This document shows positions 52,062 through 59,536 of a stretch of DNA of 64,000 nt, piece by piece. This DNA is from Nitrospirota bacterium (GTDB taxonomy: Bacteria; Nitrospirota; UBA9217), in assembly GCA_029858565.1 (NCBI GenBank), contig JAOUEV010000003.1, positions 49,967-113,966 of the forward strand, read 5' to 3'. Both the position numbers and the translations under genes were made by a program. The stretch's first letter is position 1. The number at the start of each line of letters is the position of its first letter. The notes beneath the pieces are model-generated. The model ran no database searches. It had not been told where the DNA came from and saw only the letters and a program-made list of their open reading frames with translations.

Positions 52062-52168
52062 TGGATGCTGATGTGATGGCGGTGCGTGTTACAAAGTAAT
52101 TATAGCAGGAGATATTACGTGGGAGTGCAATTTACTGTTCTTTGGCAGGTCAGAAAGGGCGTGGGGGC

Positions 52169-54136
52169 CTACAAGGATTGCGCAAGTCGGTGAAGCGTCG
52201 GAAAAGAGTCAGCGACCGCCGCAGTTTCTTCCTTCAAAAGCCTGATTGCTTCGGGAATGTGTTTCCTGAAATATGCTTTGCCTTTCACCATGGTCAGGAA
52301 TCCATAGGCGCCGAGCGCCTGCATGTGCCTCTGGAGACGGCAGGGGATCAGGCTTCGGCGGAAGATCTGCTCGTCGAATCCAAGAGCAGCCTTCTTCATC
52401 TCTTCTATATAGTAAACAAGCAGCCGGTCGCGCAGGAGGTCATGCAGCCGGTAATAAGGGTCCCAGAGGATCGATGCGATGTCGTAGGCAGGCGGGGCCA
52501 TGCGCGCTCCCTGGAAATCGATCACCTGAACGGTGTGATCGCTGATCATGATGTTCTGGGACTGGAAGTCACGGTGGATGATGGTCCTGGGACAGTCATC
52601 AACGGTCCTGGCAAGCCTGTGGAACTCCTCTTCCAGCTCCGGCCTGTTCTTGAGATCGATCCCTAGATATCCCTGAACAAACCGGTCGAGAAAATAGTTC
52701 GTTTCCCACCGCAGATACTCGTAATCAAAGATCCGCGCCTGGAGCAGGGGGCAGGAACCGACACCCTCCGTTGCACGGGAGTGGAGCTTGACCGCAACAT
52801 CCAGTACGCTTTTGTAAATGTTCCTGATCTGATCAGCTGTGCGCGGGAGCTTGAGATAAGCGTACAACGACCGGTCTCCCAGGTCCTCGAACAGTGCCCG
52901 TTTTGCAGTGTGGTGAGACGCGAGCAGCTTCGGCACCGGCACGGCATGGGATTCGAAGAACCGCGTATAGACCAGGTGCCGCTCGAAGTCCGGATCATCG
53001 GGCCGGCATTCCATCAGGACTGCGGAACGCTCCCCCTGCCTGATGCGATAGTAGCGGCGGTCCGAGCCGCCGAGACCGATCAAGAAAGCAGGGACAGGAA
53101 GTGCGGAGTGCGGAGTGCGGAATGCGAAATGGGAGTCGGAAGCGAAATGCGGGGCAAAAAGAGGGTCCGACAGGTGCACGGTTATTGTTTCAGCAGCGGT
53201 TTTCGCTGGCTGCATTTCCGATTCGTGAAGATCGATCGCATAGTCCGGTCCGATGATCCGGTTCCGGTGTTCGCCGGTCACGATGGCGCCGGGCATGATA
53301 ATGCAGTTCCTGAGCTTCGCGCCTGCTCCCACGGTGCTGTAGTTCTCCGCCGCGAGGTAGCCGTCGGCCTCGATGTCTCCGCAGGACGCGGAAGGGGAAA
53401 TATAGATCGTCTCGCCGTCCTTTGCAAGCGCATCAAGCACTGCCCTGCTGTAGGTCGCGGGATTGCCCACGTCGTTCCAGTATGCTCCGGTGACGTCATA
53501 GGCCCGGACCTTGTGGCCGGCCCTTGACGCGGCGATCCAGGCAACGGTTGCGTGGGAAACGCCGTCGGGCAGGAACTTCAGAATTTCAGGCGAATACACG
53601 GCGATGCCGGTATAGGCAACCTTGTCGGCAACCTTCGTGGGGTCGGGTCTAGATGCGCCGGGATTCTCGACATCGATTATCTGGTCCTGTTTGTCGATGA
53701 CCACATTGCTCAGTTCCGGCAGCCTGTGGCAGACCAGCGTTGCCATATTGCCTGAAGATAAATGTGTCTCGATCAGCTTGGCAAAATCGATATCCAGCAG
53801 GATGTCCGAGTTGTGGACAATGAAGTGGTTGCCCAGGAGAAAGCTTTCAGCGTTCTTGAGCGCTCCGCCGGTGCCGAGGATCGGGTCCTCAGGAAAGAAG
53901 GTGAAGCGATCCCGCCAGGGAGACATGGCAGCCCAGTTCATGAGCATCCGGGGCTTCCAGTGCAAATTCATGCCGATCTTGTTGTCGCAGACCTCGGTCA
54001 GTTTCTCGGCAATGCCCTGGATGATAGGCTTGCCCAGGACAGGAAGGAGCGGTTTGGGGATATGGTTCGTGGCCGGCCGGAGCCGTTCGCCGAGCCCGGC
54101 AGCGGGGAGGAAGATGTTGATGGGGAATTTATTCAT
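52169..54136 (-). CDS. Fused MurU-like nucleotidyltransferase / AmgK-like anomeric kinase
   Basis: N-terminal AAGLGERLRP..PKPL; C-terminal GGSDRRYYR, EDLGD, HRDFQSQN, IDFQGA, MQALGAYGFL. Confidence 0.88.
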   Translation of the reverse strand: MNKFPINIFLPAAGLGERLRPATNHIPKPLLPVLGKPIIQGIAEKLTEVCDNKIGMNLHWKPRMLMNWAAMSPWRDRFTFFPEDPILGTGGALKNAESFLLGNHFIVHNSDILLDIDFAKLIETHLSSGNMATLVCHRLPELSNVVIDKQDQIIDVENPGASRPDPTKVADKVAYTGIAVYSPEILKFLPDGVSHATVAWIAASRAGHKVRAYDVTGAYWNDVGNPATYSRAVLDALAKDGETIYISPSASCGDIEADGYLAAENYSTVGAGAKLRNCIIMPGAIVTGEHRNRIIGPDYAIDLHESEMQPAKTAAETITVHLSDPLFAPHFASDSHFAFRTPHSALPVPAFLIGLGGSDRRYYRIRQGERSAVLMECRPDDPDFERHLVYTRFFESHAVPVPKLLASHHTAKRALFEDLGDRSLYAYLKLPRTADQIRNIYKSVLDVAVKLHSRATEGVGSCPLLQARIFDYEYLRWETNYFLDRFVQGYLGIDLKNRPELEEEFHRLARTVDDCPRTIIHRDFQSQNIMISDHTVQVIDFQGARMAPPAYDIASILWDPYYRLHDLLRDRLLVYYIEEMKKAALGFDEQIFRRSLIPCRLQRHMQALGAYGFLTMVKGKAYFRKHIPEAIRLLKEETAAVADSFPTLHRLAQSL

Positions 54137-54172
54137 GTGCTAGTATCAATAAGCCTTAAAAGTCAACTGCAT

Positions 54173-54914
54173 TCTCGCGCGGAGGCGCAGAGGCGCAGGG
54201 GACGTCAAAGGCAATTTCTTGGGTTAGAAACTAAAAAATCAATCTTCAAGTCCATTTACGCAGCGAGTTATCCCGTTCTTCATTAGTTCTTCGCCGAAGT
54301 TCAGAAGGTATCCGAGTTTAAGGCCGGTCAAACGGATATGTGTTTGAACCTGCTTTTTGTGCGCTGCGGATGCGTGTTCAACTGATTTCAGCTCGACGAT
54401 AACTTTACTTTCAACAATAACGTCAGCCCGGAATCCCTCATCGAACTGTATCCCTCGAAACTGTATCGGAATGGGTATCTGGCGGTCAACAGTCAAGCCC
54501 TGTTCTCGCAAGACATGAACCAAGGCAACCTCATAGACGCTTTCCAGCAAGCCCGGTCCCAATTCTCGATGGACTTCAATCGCCGCTTCGACAATGATCG
54601 TCCCGATCTCGTTCTCTGTCATTCAGGTTCCCTGTGTCTATTCTTGGCACCCGAAACATGTTTTTTGGTTCCAATAGAGCAAATTCGATTACGAAAAGCC
54701 AAAACAAGAAAAGCTCTCTCGCGCAGAGGCGCTGAGGCGCTGAGTATTGCTTTGAGACCAGGACCTGATTCTAAGATTGTGCCTTCCCTGCGAGCTCTGC
54801 GCCCCTGCGCGAGACCGTTTCGAGGTTCGCTTCTTCCTTCCATGACAGCGTCAAGTTGTTTGCGTTCTTGAACTAGATTGGCTTTCCCCTGCGGCTCCGC
54901 GCCTCTGCGGGAAA
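54173..54914. mobile_element. Putative GxxExxY element bounded by 29-bp periodic inverted repeats
   Basis: Arms 54173-54201 and 54886-54914 match 24/29 as an IR; they enclose the GxxExxY gene and a nested empty copy (54717-54814). Mobility is inferred. Confidence 0.55.
54239..54622 (-). CDS. GxxExxY protein (PD-(D/E)XK fold)
   Basis: LGPGLLESVYE, FRAD, IVELKSVE, GYLLNFG. Confidence 0.93.
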   Translation of the reverse strand: MTENEIGTIIVEAAIEVHRELGPGLLESVYEVALVHVLREQGLTVDRQIPIPIQFRGIQFDEGFRADVIVESKVIVELKSVEHASAAHKKQVQTHIRLTGLKLGYLLNFGEELMKNGITRCVNGLED

Positions 54915-54926
54915 ACCGGTTTTGTT

Positions 54927-56111
54927 CTATTTATACAACAGATAATGCTTCCGAATCTTCTCGAATTCCCTCGCCTCTTCTTTCCACCATGCCTCCATCT
55001 CCTTCACATCCTTCCACGCCTCGATGTCCTTTCGCAGACGGTCGGTGCCGGCGAGGATGTCAATGGGCATGTTGATCTCTTCATATTCATAGGGCGGCTG
55101 TTTCCAGGCGAACTCCCGGGGCCAGGTATTGTGGATCGCTTTCAGGATCGCCACGCCGGTCCTGAAAGGCAGGAACTTCTCCCGGTCCGTGATGTGGATC
55201 TGGGCTCCGCCGCAGAGCCTGCCGCAGTGCTTCTGGAACGTGGGCTGGAAATACATGGGGCGGAACACCACGCCAGGCAGCTTGAACTCCTTCAACAGGT
55301 TGACGAGGGTCTCGGGATGGATAAAAGGCGCGCCGAAGATCTCAAAAGGACGCGTTGTGCCGCGGCCTTCGGAAAGGTTCGTGCCTTCGAGCAGGCACAT
55401 GCCCGGGTACACGATCGCGCTGTCGAGTATCGGAATGTTCGGCGACGGCAGGACCCAGGGAAGGATTGTTTCGTCGAACCACATCTTCCTTTTCCATCCC
55501 TCCATGGGCACCACCCGATAATGCATGCCGGGATAGAAAGCGTCTTCCAGGTAATGGCCGATCTCGGCAATGGTCATTCCATGGCGCACAGTGATGGGAC
55601 GGAGTCCGACAAAGGAGGCAAAACCGGGCTTCAGGACCGGTCCCTCGGTAAAGCGACCGGTGATCGGATTCGGCCGGTCAAGGACCACCACGGCTTTGCC
55701 CGCCTCGTGGCAGGCCTGCATGCAGAGATCAAGGGTCCAGATAAAGGTGTAGTACTTGCTGCCGATGTCCTGCATGTCAATGGCCAGGACATCGATATGC
55801 TTCAGCATTTCCAATGTCGGCTTCCGCACTTCCCCGTAAAGGCTGTAGACCGGCAGGCCGGTGGCGGGATCGCGGAAACCCTGCCACTCGACCATGTTGT
55901 CCTGGGTCTGGCCAAGGATGCCGTGCTGGGGGCCGAAGAGCGCTGCAAGCTTGAACTTCTTCGATCTTCTGAAGACGTCAACAGCATGCTCAAGCTTGCT
56001 GTTCACGCTCGCAGGATGGGCAACGAGCCCCACACGGCTGTTTTTGAGGTCTTTGGGCCAGAGTTTCTCGACAAGGTCGAGTCCGGTAAAGGTTTTCCTA
56101 GGTGACGGCAT
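54927..56111 (-). CDS. namZ: Exo-beta-N-acetylmuramidase (DUF1343/NamZ)
   Basis: FGPQHG, YSLYG, QDIG, LDRPNP, RHGMT, PSPN, SEGRGTTRPFE. Confidence 0.88.
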   Translation of the reverse strand: MPSPRKTFTGLDLVEKLWPKDLKNSRVGLVAHPASVNSKLEHAVDVFRRSKKFKLAALFGPQHGILGQTQDNMVEWQGFRDPATGLPVYSLYGEVRKPTLEMLKHIDVLAIDMQDIGSKYYTFIWTLDLCMQACHEAGKAVVVLDRPNPITGRFTEGPVLKPGFASFVGLRPITVRHGMTIAEIGHYLEDAFYPGMHYRVVPMEGWKRKMWFDETILPWVLPSPNIPILDSAIVYPGMCLLEGTNLSEGRGTTRPFEIFGAPFIHPETLVNLLKEFKLPGVVFRPMYFQPTFQKHCGRLCGGAQIHITDREKFLPFRTGVAILKAIHNTWPREFAWKQPPYEYEEINMPIDILAGTDRLRKDIEAWKDVKEMEAWWKEEAREFEKIRKHYLLYK

Positions 56112-56152
56112 GGACGGATTATAGTTGCTCACTCCGGGAAGTGCAACAGGAA

Positions 56153-56213
56153 ATTCCGGGAAACCCATTCCGGGAAACCCTGCTTGACAGGCTTTGAACA
56201 TGGATGATACACT
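56153..56213 (+). promoter_or_regulatory. Promoter with tandem 14-bp direct repeats upstream of -35
   Basis: ATTCCGGGAAACCC x2 (56153-56180), TTGACA at 56184, TGnTACACT at 56205-13. Confidence 0.55.
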
Positions 56214-56268
56214 GAAGCTGTTTTGATCATCATGTCGGTGTCGCGAGTTCCTGCCTAAAGGGGATACC

Positions 56269-57045
56269 ATGAAAAAAGCGTTCTTCCTGCTCTTTCTCTG
56301 TGGCTTGATCCTTGCCCTGAACAACACTGCCCTTGCCCTGTATCAATGGGTAGATAAAGAGGGCAATCTCCATATCTCTGATTATCCTCCGGGGGAGAGT
56401 AAAGCGGCAGAGGAACAGGCTGCTCCGGAACCGGAAAAACCGCGAGCTGTTCCGCAACCATCACCAGCTGTGATACCGCCTCCACCATCGCCGGTTAAAG
56501 CATCTCCAGCGCCAGCACCCGCTGCACCAGGACCGACCCAGCAGGCGCCTGAGGCGGTAATTCCCCAGCCCGCATCGGTCCCGACGATCACCATGCAAGC
56601 TGCTCCAGTGACGCAGCCTGCGCCGATAGAGACCCAGCCGCAACCCATGCCTTTCAGCGCGCCACAACCGGGGCAAAACCCTCCGCCAGGGCTGGTAGCT
56701 GCTGTAGTCGGCGGTTTTTTAATGGTGATCATGGTCATCGGTTTAGCGGTATATATCTATTCTTCGCTCTGCCTGTATCTGATCGCCAAGAAGCGGAACC
56801 TTGACGAGGCCTGGGCAGCCTGGATCCCGCTCCTGCAGATGTGGCCTCTCATGAGCGCAGCGGGAAAACCGCTCTGGTGGATCATCCTGTTGTTCATTCC
56901 CTTTGTCAACGCCGTTATCGGCATCTATCTCTGGATGTGTATTGCCGAGAACCTGGGAAGGAACAAGTGGCTCGGCCTGCTCATGCTGATACCTGTCGTG
57001 AACTTTGTGTTCATGGGCGTGTTGGCGTTTTCCAAGTCGGAGTGA
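56269..57045 (+). CDS. DUF4124 + Pro-rich linker + DUF5684-like membrane protein
   Basis: Signal peptide, LYQWVDKEG..HISDYPP, AWAAWIP, GKPLWWIILLFIPFVN. Confidence 0.8.
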   Translation: MKKAFFLLFLCGLILALNNTALALYQWVDKEGNLHISDYPPGESKAAEEQAAPEPEKPRAVPQPSPAVIPPPPSPVKASPAPAPAAPGPTQQAPEAVIPQPASVPTITMQAAPVTQPAPIETQPQPMPFSAPQPGQNPPPGLVAAVVGGFLMVIMVIGLAVYIYSSLCLYLIAKKRNLDEAWAAWIPLLQMWPLMSAAGKPLWWIILLFIPFVNAVIGIYLWMCIAENLGRNKWLGLLMLIPVVNFVFMGVLAFSKSE

Positions 57046-57294
57046 TCTTGAGTCGGCGGGTGGGTTGGGTAGAACGTCCTTATGTAAAATCCGACGTCGA
57101 TTTGGCAGAATACTCGTAGTAGCGCAAGGGACCGAAAATCTCGGGCTTTAATGCGTTACATCCGACTTACCGACTAACTCCAGCGTGCAATTCTAGGATT
57201 TTGTAGAGATTTATTCCCCACCTAATAACATTCGCTGTTTTCTTATAAATCCGTTGACAAGGAATCAATTCCGTGTGAAATTAGCTAGCAAACT

Positions 57295-58224
57295 ATGACT
57301 AAATCAATACATCGTAAGAAACACAGCATAACAAAGGCGAATGTAGTAAGAGAAACAGCTCGCCAGTATTTGCCTCCAATCAAGTTGGTGGACTCTGTGA
57401 TTTTTCAGGGCGACGCGCAGCACATTTTAGCTCGTTTACCGAAAGAATCTGTTCAATGCGTTGTAACATCTCCTCCCTATTGGGGACTTAGGGACTATAA
57501 CATCGACGGTCAAATTGGGCTTGAAGAGACCCTTCCGCAGTTCATTAATAGGCTTGTGACGATATTCCGGGAAATCCATCGTGTTCTTAAACCTTCAGGT
57601 ACTGTATGGCTTAATATCGGAGACGGATATACGAGTGGCAATCGAGGTTGGCGTGCTCCCGATAAGAAGAATCCAGCGCGGGCTATGTCTGTGAGGCCAA
57701 ATACCCCCGAAGGCCTGAAGCCGAAAGATCTTATAGGAGTTCCTTGGAGATTAGCTCTTGCTTTGCAACAGGATGGCTGGTTTTTGCGTAGCGACATCGT
57801 CTGGAATAAGCCAAATGCCATGCCCGAGAGCGTCAAGGATCGTCCAACGCGCGCGCATGAGTATATCTTCATGTTTTCAAAGAATGAGAAGTACTACTAC
57901 GATTATGAAGCTATAAAGGAGCCACGTGACGACGGAAAGGGGCAGCGGAACAAGCGAAGTGTATGGGACATCAATACGGAACCGTTCAAAGAAGCTCATT
58001 TCGCAACCTTCCCTTCTAAATTGATTGAGCCTTGTATTAGCGCTGGAAGTCGAGCTGGCGATTTTGTGCTTGATCCCTTCTTTGGCTCGGGCACAGTCGG
58101 TGTCGTCTGCAATCGGCTCGGTCGGAAGTATATAGGCATTGAATTGCATCCGGCGTACATTGCTCTCGCAGAAAAAAGGATGGCATCGAATAATGGGACG
58201 AATGGTGACAATAAGTCTAAGTAA
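57295..58224 (+). CDS. Beta-class N4-cytosine DNA methyltransferase
   Basis: TSPPYW precedes HFATFP and VLDPFFGSGT. Confidence 0.92.
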   Translation: MTKSIHRKKHSITKANVVRETARQYLPPIKLVDSVIFQGDAQHILARLPKESVQCVVTSPPYWGLRDYNIDGQIGLEETLPQFINRLVTIFREIHRVLKPSGTVWLNIGDGYTSGNRGWRAPDKKNPARAMSVRPNTPEGLKPKDLIGVPWRLALALQQDGWFLRSDIVWNKPNAMPESVKDRPTRAHEYIFMFSKNEKYYYDYEAIKEPRDDGKGQRNKRSVWDINTEPFKEAHFATFPSKLIEPCISAGSRAGDFVLDPFFGSGTVGVVCNRLGRKYIGIELHPAYIALAEKRMASNNGTNGDNKSK

Positions 58225-59203
58225 TCCGGACCTACAGGTTGATTTTGCTGCAGCATTAGTGCAACTGCGAGATACGTATCTTCAAGAGGCACTCTTTACT
58301 ACAGTGAAGAAGATAACGTTGCGATTAGTAGACAGGGATCTGGCGGAATTCGCGACAGATTCTGATTTGGCACTACTTGCCTCGAAAGGACTTCGCGGGG
58401 AAATCATCTTTGCAACTCCTACGATTCTGCGCGCCAACCCGTATTTGCTGGGTTACTATCGGTTGCTCCTGGGCTACAGTCAAAAACAGTTCTATACGGC
58501 TAGTACAGGGTGTGGCAAATTTAAAGCAATGGAGGCGGACGGTCAGTTGTCATCGACTTGTGAAACTTCGCTTAAAGACTTGTGTAATGGGCTAAACAAG
58601 GCCTCATCCTACCTATTGAATTCGATGCTCGCTACTTCTCTAACGAGATCATTTCTAGATGATCTGACTCTCCTGACGCTCGGGCCTCAATTAAGAGGTG
58701 GGACAAACGTAAAGATTGGCGCACGTGGTATTGTGCTCGTATTTGATGCGATAAAGGCTATTGTTGAGGATAATGTCACTCGAACTTCCACAAGAGTCAT
58801 TGAGATAGTTAATGCAGCCTCTCGGAAAGTATTGATTGAGTTTGCATCGGACCCAGATATTGTCATTCGGGAACAGCTCTGCTCTCGCAAAGAGGATTAC
58901 AGAAATATCATCGCTATTGAGATAAAAGGCGGAACGGATTTTTCTAACATACATAACAGAATTGGTGAAGCTGAAAAAAGCCACCAAAAAGCGAAGGCAC
59001 AAGGTTTTGCCGAATGCTGGACGGTTGTAAATGTCGATCGGATTGATATTCCTACTGCGATGCGAGAATCACCCTCTACTAACAGGTTCTATCGTCTGTC
59101 TCAAATAGTTAGTGGGGAAGGTGCTGAGTACAGTGATTTCGAAGGTCGAATACGATCACTAACAGGAGTGCCAAGCAAGTCGAAAAAACGAAAGAAGAAG
59201 TAA
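58202..59203 (+). CDS. Type II restriction endonuclease, XcyI/XmaI/Cfr9I-like (probably CCCGGG)
   Basis: GLRGE, YYRLLLGYSQK, LGPQLRGG.N, SDPD, EIKGG.D.SNIHNRIGEAEKSHQKA. Specificity inferred from family recall. Confidence 0.8.
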   Translation: MVTISLSNPDLQVDFAAALVQLRDTYLQEALFTTVKKITLRLVDRDLAEFATDSDLALLASKGLRGEIIFATPTILRANPYLLGYYRLLLGYSQKQFYTASTGCGKFKAMEADGQLSSTCETSLKDLCNGLNKASSYLLNSMLATSLTRSFLDDLTLLTLGPQLRGGTNVKIGARGIVLVFDAIKAIVEDNVTRTSTRVIEIVNAASRKVLIEFASDPDIVIREQLCSRKEDYRNIIAIEIKGGTDFSNIHNRIGEAEKSHQKAKAQGFAECWTVVNVDRIDIPTAMRESPSTNRFYRLSQIVSGEGAEYSDFEGRIRSLTGVPSKSKKRKKK

Positions 59204-59249
59204 TGCAATTGTTCCAATCAGTGTGCTCCTACCCCCGGTTTGGTCAACT

Positions 59250-59399
59250 CGTAGGTTGGGTCGAACGGTTCATATGGAGCCCAACGAATCATGATTGAGA
59301 GATGTTGGGCAAGATGAATCCTTTTACCAAACCTACCAACTCAGGGTATCGCAAGAGACCGAAGATGTCGGGTCTCGTTGCGCTCTACCCTACCTACGA
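59250..59399. repeat. GTAG-family REP cluster
   Basis: CGTAGGTTGGGTCG...GCCCAAC; GTTGGG...AACCTACC; GTCGGG...TACCTACG. A degenerate pair also lies at ~57051-57175. Confidence 0.7.
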
Positions 59400-59486
59400 A
59401 TCCTGCTCATCAGAACCACCCCACCTAACCTCCCCTTATTACCAAAAGTAGGCGCCTCTAGGGGGAGGGAGGCATCTGCCCCTACC

Positions 59487-59515
59487 TTGACACCTGCCCG
59501 CCGCTCTCCTACAAT
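59487..59515 (+). promoter_or_regulatory. Sigma70-type promoter
   Basis: TTGACA-17 bp-TACAAT upstream of the Lon-like gene. Confidence 0.75.
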
Positions 59516-59536
59516 TGAACCAGAGATACCCGTCAC

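Noticed and set aside
54619-54843. 74-aa ORF overlapping the GxxExxY start
   Set aside because: Largely a translation of the nested palindrome; no protein-like motif.
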